Assembly: GCA_964016885.1 (NCBI GenBank)
Contig: OZ024742.1
Span: 289,106,001 to 289,170,000 of the forward strand
Length of the DNA: 64,000 bases
Origin: Eledone cirrhosa
Lineage: Eukaryota
Reading direction: 5' to 3'
Of this stretch, positions 1-13,046 are shown piece after piece. The notes beneath the pieces are model-generated. The model was not told the origin of the DNA. It did not search any database and was given only the letters and a program-made list of their open reading frames with translations. How positions within the stretch are numbered: the first letter of the stretch is position 1; each line of letters begins with the position of its first letter. Made by a program: the position numbers and the translations under genes.

Positions 1-13
1 GGGAAGCCTCCCG

Positions 14-784
14 GTGGATCACGACTGGAAGCGATTAGCGGTGGATGTGACGCACTACCGGCAGGGAACGTACCTCTCGATGGTCGACTGTGGACCAGGT
101 CGAATGGCGATATGGAGGGAGATGAGGACTGGAACGGCCGAGGAAATCGTGCGGACGTTGAGAGAGGTGTTCTTGGAGCGGGGCCCTGTGGACGAACTGC
201 TGATGGACAACAGCGCAGCGTTCCGCTCGGAGGCACTGAGGGAGATGCTCGATGGATGGAAGGTGGACAGTTTCTTCAGAGCGGTGCACAGGCCGAGCGG
301 GAATGGAATAGTGGAGCGACACCACCGGACGATCAAGGCAATGGCGGAGCGGGGCCATATCTCACCAATGGAGGCAGTGTTCTGGTACAATATGTCCCCT
401 GGGGTTGGACAGGTCGAGGAATCGGTGCCACACAGAGCAGTATTCAAATACGAGTGGCGGCACCCGTGCACGCCACCACAACGGCCAGTGGGGAGAGAGA
501 GTGCATTCGTGCAGGTGGGCGAAGAAGTCTGGGTTAAGCCCCCAGATGCACGTTGCACATCTCAATGGGGAAGGGGAACGGTGACGGCCGTAAATTCAAA
601 GAACAATGTGTCCGTGGACGGGGTACCACGTCATGTCCTGGATGTAAGAAGAATCACTGTGTCGACGGACTCCGAGGAAGAGGAAACCCAAGATGAGGTG
701 GAAACCCAGAGCTCTGCCCCAATACTACGAAGATCGCAACGAAGTCGTAGACCACCGACCTGGACAGCAGACTTTCATATGTAG
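14..784 (+). CDS. Ty3/gypsy retrotransposon pol C-terminus (integrase), 5'-truncated by the window edge
   Basis: rve integrase core with DDE spacing (LAVD ... LLMDN ... SGNGIVERHHRTIK) and C-terminal VGEEVWVK...W.RGTV domain; open to TAG at 782-784. Confidence 0.9.
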   Translation: MDHDWKRLAVDVTHYRQGTYLSMVDCGPGRMAIWREMRTGTAEEIVRTLREVFLERGPVDELLMDNSAAFRSEALREMLDGWKVDSFFRAVHRPSGNGIVERHHRTIKAMAERGHISPMEAVFWYNMSPGVGQVEESVPHRAVFKYEWRHPCTPPQRPVGRESAFVQVGEEVWVKPPDARCTSQWGRGTVTAVNSKNNVSVDGVPRHVLDVRRITVSTDSEEEETQDEVETQSSAPILRRSQRSRRPPTWTADFHM

Positions 785-824
785 AGGGACGAGGGGGAAA
801 TTGATCCTTGAGATCAGTGGGGCG

Positions 825-1036
825 TGTGGGTATGGTGTGGCGTGCGGTGGCCGGAGGCGGGGGAGTGCTCGACCGGAAGGGTGTTTTGGCCGGAAGGATG
901 CTCGACCGGAAGGGCCAGCAGAGGGCCTCTCTCTAGTGGTGACCAGCAAACGGTGTGGGCGCGAGTTTTGGGCAGCTCCTGGTGTTAAGCAGTTGGACGC
1001 ACGTGGAAGAGGAGTAACCTGCAGTGGAATTCAACA
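825..1036 (+). mobile_element. Putative 3' LTR of the gypsy element (~212 bp)
   Basis: Purine-rich tract after the pol stop ending AGTGGGGCG, then TGTGGG ... TCAACA (TG..CA termini); internal CCGGAAGG repeats; the 5' LTR is outside the window. Confidence 0.65.
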
Positions 1037-1041
1037 ATATC

Positions 1042-2155
1042 AATAATGCCATCAATTGCACAAGACACAATAACAATATCAGTAACATCAACGACTACTA
1101 CGACAACAATAACAATGACAACTGTAGTAACAATAATGCCACCAATTGCACAAGACACAATAACAATATCAGTAACATCAACGACTACTACGAGAACAAT
1201 AACAATGACAACTGTAGTAACAATAACGCCACCAATTGCACAAGACACAATAACAATATCAGTAACATCAACGACTACTACGACAACAATAACAATGACA
1301 ACTGTAGTAACAATAATGCCACCAATTGCACAAGACACAATAACAATATCAGTAACATCAACGACTACTACGACAACAATAACAATGACAACTGTAGTAA
1401 CAATAACGCCACCAATTGCACAAGACACAATAACAATATCAGTAACATCAACGACTACTACGACAACAATAACAATGACAACTGTAGTAACAATAACGCC
1501 ACCAATTGCACAAGACACAATAACAATATCAGTAACATCAACGACTACTACGACAACAATAACAATGACAACTGTAGTAACAATAACGCCACCAATTGCA
1601 CAAGACACAATAACAATATCAGTAACATCAACGACTACTACGACAACAATAACAATGACAACTGTAGTAACAATAACGCCACCAATTGCACAAGAAACAA
1701 CAACAATATCAGTAACATCAACGACTACTACGACAACAATAACAATGACAACTGTAGTAACAATAACGCCACCAATTGCACAAGACACAATAACAATATC
1801 AGTAACATCAACGACTACTACGACAACAATAACAATGACAACTGTAGTAACAATAACGCCACCAATTGCACAAGACACAATAACAATATCAGTAACATCA
1901 ACGACTACTACGACAACAATAACAATGACAACTGTAGTAACAATAACGCCACCAATTGCACAAGACACAATAACAATATCAGTAACATCAACGACTACTA
2001 CGACAACAATAACAATGACAACTGTAGTAACAATAACGCCACCAATTGCACAAGACACAATAACAATATCAGTAACATCAACGACTACTACGACAACAAT
2101 AACAATGACAACTGTAGTAACAATAACGCCACCAATTGCACAAGAAACAACAATA
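1042..2155. repeat. 90-bp tandem repeat, ~12.3 near-identical copies
   Basis: Unit ACCAATTGCACAAGACACAATAACAATATCAGTAACATCAACGACTACTACGACAACAATAACAATGACAACTGTAGTAACAATAACGCC recurs at 1051, 1141, 1231 ... 2131. Confidence 0.97.
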
Positions 2156-2212
2156 AAACCAATAACCAATAAAACAACAACAATTTTCCAATTTTTTTTC
2201 CCAATAGTTTCT

Positions 2213-2853
2213 TTGTTGTTGGTGGTGGTGATGGTGATTGATGATTGTGATAATGGGGATGATGGTGGTGATGGTGGTGATGGTGGTGATGGCGGTGGTG
2301 ATGGTGGTGCTGCTGTTGTTGATAGTGTTGGCGGTGGTGGTGGTAGTGTTGTTGGTGGTGGTGGTGATGATGAAAGTGACGATGGATGATGGTGGTGGTG
2401 ATGGTGCTGCTGTTATTATTAGTGGTGGTGGTGTTGTTGGTGCTGGTGGTGATGGTGGTGGTGTTGTTGTTAGTGGTGTTGTTGTTAGTGGTGTTGTTGT
2501 TGGTGGTGGTGGTGATGATGAAAGTGACGATGATGGTGATGGTGGTGCTGTTATTGTTAGTGGTGGTGTTGTTGTTGGTGCTGGTGGTGATGGTAGTGAT
2601 GATGATGATAATGATGACGATGATGATGATGATGATGATGATGATGGTGGTGGTTGTGGTGGTGCTAGTGGTGTTGGTGCTGCTGTTAGTAGTGGTGATG
2701 GTGGTATTAGTGGTGGTGTTAGAGGCTGTGGTGATGATAGTGACGGTGGTGATGAGGATGTGGAATAGAGGAAGGAGTATGGCAGAGATGTTGATGGCAA
2801 CGTTGGTGATGATGGTGGTGGTGGTGGTGGTGGCAGTAATTGATGGTAGTGAT
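2213..2853. repeat. Degenerate (GGT/GAT/GTT)n trinucleotide low-complexity tract
   Basis: Directly visible; similar tracts at 13630-14003, 36836-37247 and 51900-52157. Confidence 0.9.
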
Positions 2854-3507
2854 GTTCTACTCAGCATTTCACTGTTCCTTTACCGCTATTTAGATTGCTA
2901 GGTATCAAGCTGTCTCTTGCAGCCTTAGGTATATTTAGCACCTATCATATACTCTCAGGTCTCAATAATCGCTTCCACATCCTTATCAATTTTTCAGATT
3001 TTTTCCAACACCTCCGCTTTTATTCCACTCCCTCGTTTATTAAATTTTGCTTATATAATTTAGCTCCGGCGAAATTTTATTTTAAAACAAGTGATAGCAT
3101 TCCTGCGATAATTAATTTTCTTTATACATTAAAAAAAACATTATACATAACAAATAAACATTACTAGAAACCCCGCACGTTATAAAATAAATAGGATGGG
3201 TTGGGGTCTCAATATGTAAACTAAACGACTAATTTTGGTTTTTAAAAAAATCAACAGTCAACCTAGAAAAATTACCAATTTTCCACCCTACACTCGTTTA
3301 TTCCACCCTTTTCTATTATTTGGGATCCGAGAGTAGTTTTTGCAATGACAAGCAAACAAACTTTCTGTATATTCAAGAAATTCAGCCTCAGTGTCCAACA
3401 TGTTCAATCAACCTGCTTCAAACTTCAAGCCACAGCCTCTAAGGTTCCTAATACATCAGACTGTTTGGCAAAACTTTTCTCACCAGCATACCTCTAGCTC
3501 ACAGATG

Positions 3508-3550
<43 letters not shown>

Positions 3551-4022
3551 CAGCGCTTTGGCTTGTCAGACGCTGTGACCCCGAATAGACCAACAGTACC
3601 GTGGGTAGGTGTCGAAACTGCGAATGTCTATCTCGACGGCTGAAGACCTTGGAGCTCTATGTCTTTCGTTTGTCTTTTTATTTTCAAAAAAGAAAAACAA
3701 AATGTTAAGGTCTTCTCTTCACAAAATTTGTTTCGTTCTACCTTGTTTTCTTTCGTTGCCGGTGTTAATCAACAGTAAATGCTGATGAATTTTTCTGCAT
3801 GAAATAGTACAATATAGGCCTTATAAAAATTTAGTGGTTATGTAAGTATAATATTTATTGTCTCTTTGTTTTTTAACCTAATTACATTGTTCTCTGCAAA
3901 ATATTAGATATGTGGTTTTCTGATATTGGCAGTGTGCAAGCGCTCTGGGGTCATGGAATTTTAGCTTCAATTATTCTCATTGGGCGATCATAGAGCCGCA
4001 TGATTGTTTTAATATATATTGA

Positions 4023-4078
<56 letters not shown>

Positions 4079-4315
4079 GAAGATCCCGTTAAGGGTGAAA
4101 TCAGCGATTCTTTCCTTAAACTTTAATCTGTTATTTTAATAAATATTTGCTCTACGGTTTTTATATATTTATATATATATATTATCCTTATCGAGCCCTC
4201 TTCGGATTTTAGTCTTCACATTAACTTTGCCTTTCATCCTTACGGGGTCGATAAAATAAAGTACCAGTAATACACTGGGATAATTGCTGGCCTGGTGCCA
4301 AAAGTAGAAACTTAT

Positions 4316-4382
<67 letters not shown>

Positions 4383-4440
4383 AGAGTATTGAAGTTTGCT
4401 TGAAGCATTGTGGAATAATAAGATTTATTATATTTTTGAC

Positions 4441-6104
4441 GTTTTGGAAGCCTCAACAATGCAGATGGGTAATTCTCCGGTGGTGAAGAGAGAGATGTAA
4501 GGGAGTGTAGAATGTGATGTATAGTGTGTAGAGGAACGTAGGAAAGAGCGTACAAATAAAAATAATAACACGAGCTGTGAGGGAATGTAGAATGAGATGT
4601 AAAGTGCGTAGAGGAACGTAGGAAAGAGCGTAAAAAATAAAAATAATAACATGAGATAGAGTTACCTTGGGAGAGATTTAATTGTCCCTATATTTCGGAT
4701 TCGCATCCATCAACTGGGGAGTTTTCCGGGGGGAGGGGAAGGTTATCTGTCGGAGAGGAATGGAACGTGTCCTCTGCTGTTCGCTGTTCGTGACTAATTG
4801 AGGTATTCTGCAGAGCGTGCGTGCGCGCAGAATCGGTGCGGTCGAGCAGAGGTCGAAATAGTTCTTTTAATTGTGGGAGTGGGATGGCGGTAGCTGTCAG
4901 TCAATTGTAGTATTTCTCTGTGTTGGATTTTTGGTACTGGCAGTGTAGTATAGTCGTCTGGTAGTAGTATTCTGCCTGGTCTCTTTTCTTTTTTCAGGTC
5001 GGTGGATGGTGGCGGTGTTATACACACAAAAACAACCATTCGAATGTCACTGTGTGTGTGTGTGCGTATGTTGGTGCCTCGTTAGTTCACACCAACCACC
5101 TCATCTCGCTTCTCTCGGATCGGTTATTTATTTGTGGCCCTAGGCGTTTGATCCAAAGTGCTTCCTTGATTCGTAGCGTGCCGAAGTTGCGTTCTGTCGC
5201 TAGCATTGTGACAATGGGCCTTCCGTCTTTGTTTCCGCATTTGGTGATGTGTTTCCGGAAAGACGAGGCCCTGGTGTTGATGTGCTCCTTGATCCGGATA
5301 TGTAGCGGCCGGATTGTGCTACCGATATAGTAGTCGTTGCACTTGTCACATTCCACCCTGTATATCACGTATGTGCATAAGCAACAGTTCGTATGGCACA
5401 TCGGACAGTTTACGAGGGAACACGCGTCAGTCGATTTCCCGGGTTTCTACGAATCAAGGAAGCACTTTGGATCAAACGCCTAGGGCCACAAATAAATAAC
5501 CGATCCGAGAGAAGCGAGATGAGGTGGTTGGTGTGAACTAACGAGGCACCAACACACGCACACACATACACACATTCGAACGGTTGTTTTTGTGTGTGTA
5601 ACACCGCCACCATCTCCCGACCTAAAAAAAGAAAAGAGACCAGGCAGAATACTACTACCAGACGACTATACTACACTGCCAGTACCAAAAAACCAACACA
5701 GAGAAATAGTACAATGGACTGACAGCTAACGCCATCCCACTCCCACAATTAAAAGAACTACTTCGACCTCTGCTTGACCGCACCGATTCCGCACGCACGC
5801 GCGCTCTGCAGAATACCTCAATTAGTCGCGAACAGCAGAAGACACGTTCCATTCCTCTCCGACAGATAACCTCCCCCTCCCCCGGAAAACTCCCCAGTTG
5901 ATGGATGCGAATCCGAAATATAGGGACAATTAAATCTCTCCCAAGGTAACTCTATCTCGTGTTATTATTTTTATTTTTTACGCTCTTTCCTACGTTCCTC
6001 TACACACTATACATCACATTCTACACTCCCTTACATCTCTCTCTTCACCACCGGATCCTGTTACCCGGAGAATTACCCATCTGCAATGTTGAGGCTTCCA
6101 AAAC
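4441..6104 (-). mobile_element. Penelope-like element 3' fragment with inverted pseudo-LTR
   Basis: Arms 4441-5176 and 5447-6104 are reverse complements; the left arm and spacer encode a GIY-YIG endonuclease C-terminus. Confidence 0.8.
5087..5401 (-). pseudogene. GIY-YIG endonuclease domain of a Penelope-like retroelement (truncated)
   Basis: VIYRVECDKCNDYYIGSTIRPLHIRIKEH ... SFRKH ... IKEALWIKRLGPQIN. Confidence 0.85.
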
Positions 6105-6364
6105 CACCATATATATATATATAATAATATCGGTTTCAACACACGTTTTCAGATAAAGAATCTTGCTAAACAAATTCAGAAACGAAATATCGTAAGCCTT
6201 AGCCAGGCTAACAAGATACTGAAAACCACCATGTTCTGCTGTCTATTGGAGTGAAAGCAACTGGTGCGTGTGTTTCTTATTGGCAACATCAGCCTCCCAA
6301 AGCATAACAATATCGGTTTCAACACACGTTTTCAGATAAATCTTACTAAACAAATTCAGAAACG

Positions 6365-6439
<75 letters not shown>

Positions 6440-6486
6440 AAAAAAGAGAGTCCTTCGTGGCTAAAACATACTAGTGAATAAAAAAT

Positions 6487-7151
6487 ATGGCCGAAGACAG
6501 GAAAATGAACGAATCTCTAGGGGTCCACAAATACCATAAAATCTTTAATAGAAAAACTATCAAACTATCTTACTCTACTGCAGCCAACATAGAATCACAC
6601 ATACATAAAATTAACTATAAAAGAATCTCTAATGAAAATAACCTACAAACAAACACCATAACACCAAATACAAAACACAAACACATAACAACATCGCAAC
6701 CACACACACGCCAGAACGCATCACAACAAAACATCAACAAACCCAAATCTCAGCCCATACATAACAACATACAAAACCGCATCGATGAACCGGCACACAG
6801 GAAGGTCTCAAATTGTAACTGTCACTTACCGGATAAGTGCCCACTACAAAATAGATGCCTATAAATTCAGGCAACTTAGCATAACACTAAATAAAGAACC
6901 GTAAACTAATGAACACAACAACGCTCGCCAATAAAATCTGGCAGCTTAAAGATACAAACCAGGAATACGGGATTAGCTGGTCAAAACTGTCGGGGGCAAA
7001 GGTCTACAAAAATGGAATGTCCCACTGCGGACTTTGCAATATGGAGTTTATTTTAAAATATAACAGATTGCTGCTTAACAGCAACATAGAACGGTCAATT
7101 TTCTGTAGGCATAAAGCAGCTACTGAATTCGCTAATTTCAAACCAACTTGA
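6487..7151 (+). pseudogene. Degenerate Penelope-like element ORF C-terminus (Naiad/Neptune-like), GIY-YIG core deleted
   Basis: KIFNRKTIKLSYS, CNC...CPL.NRCL, TTLANKIWQLKD...Y.ISW, CGLC..E, LLN...E...CRHK in two broken frames. Confidence 0.7.
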
Positions 7152-7729
7152 TTCGACCCAACATTTCCATAATTCAAACTGTACCACCTGAGTCTATTAT
7201 AATAACCCATTATTATTAACTGTCAATAAATCAACTAATCACTGAATCAACATCATAACCTCATAACCTTTCTTTCTTTCATTCTCCCTCCCTAAAACTA
7301 TTTCACCTCTTCCATTATATCCTATCATGTTCTCTTCACTTCTAACATAACTTCCAATTTACTAATTTATTTAGCACTGTACTATTTCTTCATAATATAA
7401 TTTAACCAATAAATATATGTATATATTTAGTATTTTCATGTTTATACCATCACATCTTTATATTTTAACCACCACAACTATTTTCAACAATCATATTATG
7501 ATCACTTTTCTTCACACACATACATTTTTTTACTTATTTTTTATCATCTTCATTCTAACTTATTTATTATTATTTTTTTATTTTTATTTTTTTTTCTCTT
7601 TTTTTCTTATTTTTTTCTTTTCCTCTCTCTGTTTTTCTTTTTTTCTTTTTCTTTCTTTTTATTACTGATGTGATTTATTACTGATGTTGTGATTTTAATT
7701 TTCCTACAAACGCCGTGTATAATTTTAAT

Positions 7730-7842
7730 CAGTTTTTCCGATGATTTGATTAGGCATACATTGTATTTAAAATTGAGTGACACAACTTCAAGTGATTAGC
7801 AATTTTTAGACAACTTAATCAATGAAACAATTGTTAACACTG
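7730..7842 (+). ncRNA. Degenerate type I hammerhead motif in the 3' region of the PLE
   Basis: CCGATGA (U4 mutated) - TTGATTA..TAATCAA stem II - GAAA - ACAATTGT palindromic stem III; imperfect stem I CAGTTTTT/AACACTG. Confidence 0.4.
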
Positions 7843-9299
7843 TAAATAAAACCCTTTTTGTACTGTTGATCATGTTATTCTTCACTCTTTCACTATATAT
7901 ATATATATATAATATCTTCCTTGTATTGTTTTCATGCGTTGTTTATACGTTTACTTTTCCCATACACAAACACTAACTCACACCCGCGTGTGTGTGTTAA
8001 ATGAATAACCAAATTTGTTACTGGAATCAAATCATTTAATAGATTGCACGCGTTTCATCAACGTGAAATTAAACTCTAATACAGACATTGGGTTCTAATA
8101 TCGATTAATTTCAGTCAGACACATCAGAGATAAAAAAAAGTGAATAAAATTGCCCCCATGGAATGAAGAATAAAAGAGTATGATTACTATCCTGAGGGGA
8201 TAGAATCATTTTTTTACCTATTTGACAGTCCAGTTAATATAAAACTTTTTGAGAAATAACGTTAAAACCCAACGCTAAAACATACATCAACTATAATAAT
8301 GGCGAATGTGTGTATATTTATCCGTCATACACTGAAGGGTAAATGAGAAACGAAGGGGATGGTGACAAACTATAGGAAACAGTGGCCAGCGTTCTTAGTG
8401 TGCGAATTGGCTACACATATTGGTTATTATTATTATGTTTGTGTTAACTTTGCCTTTCATCCTTACGGGGTCGATAAAATAAAGTACCAGTAATACACTG
8501 GGTCTTTGCTGGCCTTGTGCCTAACGAAGAAACAATTATTATGTTTGTGTTTGTGTGTTTATATCACTTCTGTGTGTTTGTGTGAATATATTTATACTTG
8601 TGTGAGTGTATGCATATTTGTATGTTTATATTTATATACTCATATATATAAATGCACAGTGAAAAACTATCCGCAACTAACATAGAAAACCAAGATAATA
8701 TCTTGGTGTTCATTTCACAAACAAGTTTGTTATAAAAGAAAACTAAACACTTGGGTTTCTACCCTTTTTATATATAAAATACTACAATAAGCCATCATTT
8801 TTTACTGCACTGGGTCAGCTAGTTTTAATTATAAAAACAGAAAAGAGATAACTTTTACACTTCTTAAAATTAATAGAAAATTATATCTATGACTATATAA
8901 ATTAAGAGAAAGCAACCCCACCCCAAACAGCGGTAAATAATTGGGGGAGGTGGAGCAATAGGTGGCAGTGTTAGTTTCCAAGAAAACTCTTACAGCCCAG
9001 TGTATAGCTACGATGAGTCGAGTAAAGGTCTAAGAAAAGTACCGAATTGGTTACTGACACGACTAAGACCACAAAAAAATTGCAATATGGTTAGATGCAA
9101 TCAAAGCATTCGTACTGCATTGTCCTGCGCGCGGTGTAACAAGGGATGAGTTAGGCCTGTTCAAAGCATACTCGTATATTGCAGTCTCCATCAAACGATG
9201 AGAACTGGTGGTGGGCCTGCGACTAGTCCTGGGAGCCGGGGAAGGGCACACAAAGGTTGCGTACCTCGAGACTCCAAAGAGGGAGTAAATCATAACAAT

Positions 9300-10615
9300 T
9301 GGCAACTATGTTACAACCCTTACAAATAAGGAGCAAGAACTAATGATGTCAACCAGATGCTACCGGTTAGAGGGCTTCCTCATCAAAGTTCCGTGGCTCT
9401 TATATTGTAGATTTGGATGGGCAATGGAAATTCTACTATTCAGGTGTGTTGCCAGAAACGACTGCACAGTCGGGAGTGGGGATACTCACAAGTCTCTAGC
9501 TGTCAGAATGTGTTGTGGACTGGATCCCATTAGGAGGGAGGATTTACCACTTGAAGCTCAGTGGGCGGTGCAACTTTTATGAGCCAAATAGAGTGTTCGA
9601 ATACAGATCCTCCTTTGATGAAGTCATTACATTATTAGATGTAGTTCAGATTGAGTCATATACTTTAATAGAAGACTTCAATGCGTATGTTGGCACTAAC
9701 CATATGACATGAAAAGGAGTGATTGGAAGGAACGGTGGTGCCGATCTAAATACGAATGTAGAAGCCTTATTAAACTGCTGTTCTAGTAATGGACTCTCTA
9801 TTATGAACATTTTCCAGCTCAGAGACATCCATAAATAAACATCGTATAAGGGAAATCGGGGACAGAAATCAATAATTGATTTTATATTTTATTATTGTCT
9901 CTGATCTCTTCGATTCTGTTCTGGATGTTCGCGTTAAGAGTGAGGCAGAGCTGTCGACTGATCACCATATAATTATAGCAACTTGAAATTACCTGAAGCC
10001 CAGAAAACTCACAAAACTAGCAGGTCCAGCTTGACCGATAGGATAAAGTGGAAAATGCTGGCTGATAAGGAGATTAATACAAGGTATTGAACTCTCTGAA
10101 AAAATCCGAGGCCATTGAAATTGAATGGAAACTGTTCAGCTCGACAATTTCTGCTTCAGCTGTTAAATGCTGCGAGCAAAAGGGACTTGGAGTGGTGCCA
10201 AGTAGAAGGACGGACCCTTGATTCAATCAAGAGGTTAAAGAAGTCATTCAAGCCAAGAAGGAAGCTTACAAAGCTTGGCTTAAAAATAAGTTCTTCTTCT
10301 TACATTTGCTATACAGGCAAGTGCGAAAAATTACAGTAGAGACAGTAAAGGCACCCAAAGTTAAGACATAGGAGGACTTTGGAGTTAAGCTGGAATCCGG
10401 CTTCATATCAGCAAATAAACTGTTCTAGCAGACCATCCACCGACTTCGTAATAAAAATTCCTCCCCAATACTTGCTATCAGGAACGTGTCTGGGATTCTT
10501 CTCTCTTCAGAGAGGTGCATCTTCGCGAGGTGGAGAGAATATTTTGCTGATCTCCTAAATCTGGTCACAACTTCTGATATACATGAGGTAACTAATCTTT
10601 CGGAAGCTGAGGTTA
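9300..10615 (+). mobile_element. RTE-clade LINE remnant (APE endonuclease and linker)
   Basis: Broken frames give DFNAYVG, GVIGRNG, NGLSIMNIF, KSIIDFI, VLDVRVKSEAELSTDHH, RWREYFADLLN. Confidence 0.75.
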
Positions 10616-12630
10616 AAAATTATTTTTAAAACGTTTCTCAAAACTTTTCCTCGAAATTTACCAAATATCTTCTTCGAAGTTTTCTTTAAAATTTTATCGA
10701 ACTATTACCGAAATAATTTTACGAAAAATTCTCTGAAAGATTTGGAGAAAAATTTTAGATAAAATTTTAAGAACTTTTTTCAAGCATTTTGGGTAATATT
10801 TACCAATAAAACTTTTGAATTTTATAAAAAAAATATTAAAGAAAAGTTTTGAAAAAATTTTGAGGGAATTTTCGAGGAAATGTTTTGAGATAATTTTAAG
10901 TAAAATATGAGTAACTTTGGGAGAAAATTTTGCATGAAAGTTTTAAGAAAGGTTTTGAAAATTTTGAAGAAGTATTTTGAAGTAGTTTGAAGAAAATTTT
11001 CAAAGCAATTGATGTTGAAAAATTTGGAGAAAAACATTTAATAAATTTTTTTTTTACTCGTTACAAATTTTACTTTCGCATATCCTGAACAATCGTTTTG
11101 TTCTCCGTTTCTCTTACAGCAGCCACCACATCCCCATTATCTCCTCTGTCATTACCCCACTACGATCACCGAAATAATGTATAAATTGTTTCTATTCAAA
11201 TGTAAATTTAAATTAAAATACATATAAAATAAAATAAATGTGATTTAGCGTGTGATATAGCGTTTAGTTTGCGGATGGTTATATTTGAAAGTGAAGGTGT
11301 GTAATAGTAAAAAAAACTATTGAGTGTTTGTATTATTGTTAGATATTTTACAAAAATTTCATAAACATTTTCAAAAAAATTTCACAAAATATTTTCCTCA
11401 AAATGTTGTTTTAATTTTCCTTTAAAATTTCGCTAAAATTTACCTCAATATTTTCTTTTTTAAAAAATCAGCAAAATGATTCCAAAACAATTTCAGCAAA
11501 TTTTTTTGAAAAGTTGTCCTCGTAATTTACCCTAAAATGTTTCTTAAAATGTTCAAAATTTTCTATTATAAAAAGAAATGTCAACAAGTATTCTCTCAGA
11601 ATGTTTTCAATAGTTATAGAAAAAAAACGTGTTTTTTTTTTTTTAGATTTACTGAAAAATTTCTCAAAGAATATTTGGGGAAGTTTTTGAGAAATATTTT
11701 GGAAAGATTTAAAAAAAATTTTGAAAACTTTAATGAACTTTTTTGAAAAGTTTTGAAATAAAACTTTTCAGAATATTTTGATGAATTTTTTTTTTTTTTA
11801 ATTTTAAATGCTTCCTGGATAACTTTGATATATTTTGCTTTCGCATAGCGTGAGCAATCGAAATTTTCGAAAAAATTTTATCAAAAAATTTTCAGCAAAA
11901 ACTCTCTCAAAATTTTCCACAAATGTTTCAAAGTTTTTCCAAAATTTTCCTCAAAGTTTCCTAAAAACAAAAAACTTCGTCAAAGTTTGATAAAATGTTT
12001 CAACAAATATTCTTTGAAAATCATTATCAAAATTTTACAGAACATTTTCTCAAATTTTTTCAAAGATTTACGCGAAACGTTTTTAAAAATTCTTCAAATG
12101 TTTTTCAAAAAGTATTTCTCGAAATTTTTTCAAAACTTTCTCAAATTCTTTTCTCAAATTTTTTCAAAAATTTTCTAGAGTTTTCTTTAAATTAAAAAAA
12201 AAATTTTTTAATTTTCAAAATTTGTCTAAAAGTTTTCTGAAAATTTTTCCTGAAACTTTTTTCAAATATTTTATCAAAATTTTCAAGAAAAAATCAAGAA
12301 ATTTTTGATGAAATTTTGAGAAAAAGCTTGATGAATGCTTTTGAAAGATTTTGGAGGAAATATTTAAAAAATTATTTAAATTTTTGATGGATGTTTTTTT
12401 CAAAATTTTCGTTAGAATTTTATCAAAAAAGTAACTTTGACAAATTTTACTTTCGCATATTCTAAACAATGGTTTTTTTTCCTTGTCTTCCTCTCTTCAC
12501 CCAGGAGTCACTATCATCATCACCACATCCCCATTATTTCCTCTATTATTACCTCCACTACGATCTCCGAAATAGATTTTAAGTTGTTTCTATTCAAACG
12601 TACATTTGAAGAATAAACTAATAAATAAAA
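10615..12630. repeat. A/T-tract minisatellite-like region (AAAATTTTCTC-like units, both orientations) with a duplicated ~170-bp non-repetitive block
   Basis: Short-period An/Tn blocks; CAAATTTTACTTTCGCATAT...CCACATCCCCATTAT...CTATTCAAA at ~11063-11210 and ~12441-12610. Confidence 0.75.
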
Positions 12631-12797
12631 TACAAAACAGAGTATGCAGGTGGTGAAACTTGGAAGCTATCATATATGTGTGTGTGCGCGTGCGTGTGTG
12701 TGTGTGTGTGAAGGTACGATTACATATACAGGTAGCAACTGACACATAATGAGAAGGTTGAGAACACATTAATACATTAAGTGTTTGATTAACTTAG

Positions 12798-12835
12798 TGC
12801 ACTACCAGTGGTTTCATCTAACGTCCTCAGGTGCA
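12798..12835 (-). ncRNA. Minimal type I hammerhead motif
   Basis: Minus strand: TGCAC-CTGAGGA-CGTTAGAT-GAAA-CCACTG-GTA-GTGCA; stems I and III pair, stem II is poor. Confidence 0.55.
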
Positions 12836-12948
12836 TTTAAACAAATAACAACATATATATATATGTGTGTAAGCGAGTTTTGATAGAATTTTTTTGTCTA
12901 TCTCAATTGGTTTTAATATATAACATTGCTTCTAACATACCTTTAATT

Positions 12949-13046
<98 letters not shown>

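Noticed and set aside
1042-2155. CRISPR-like array next to an integrase
   Set aside because: Units are contiguous and near-identical with no unique spacers; no cas genes; eukaryotic context
2078-2901. Pro/Thr-, His- or Val-rich ORFs (also 13562-14039, 36829-37323, 51947-52196)
   Set aside because: They are translations of trinucleotide low-complexity tracts that are open in most frames
3175-3270. ~90-bp sequence repeated at ~24290-24380 (and 6250-6300 inverted at ~41125-41180)
   Set aside because: Real dispersed repeats, but too short to classify; no termini identified
3560-3830. Hammerhead-like cores (CTGAAGA at 3640; CTGATGA..GAAA at 3782)
   Set aside because: Could not build consistent stems I and II
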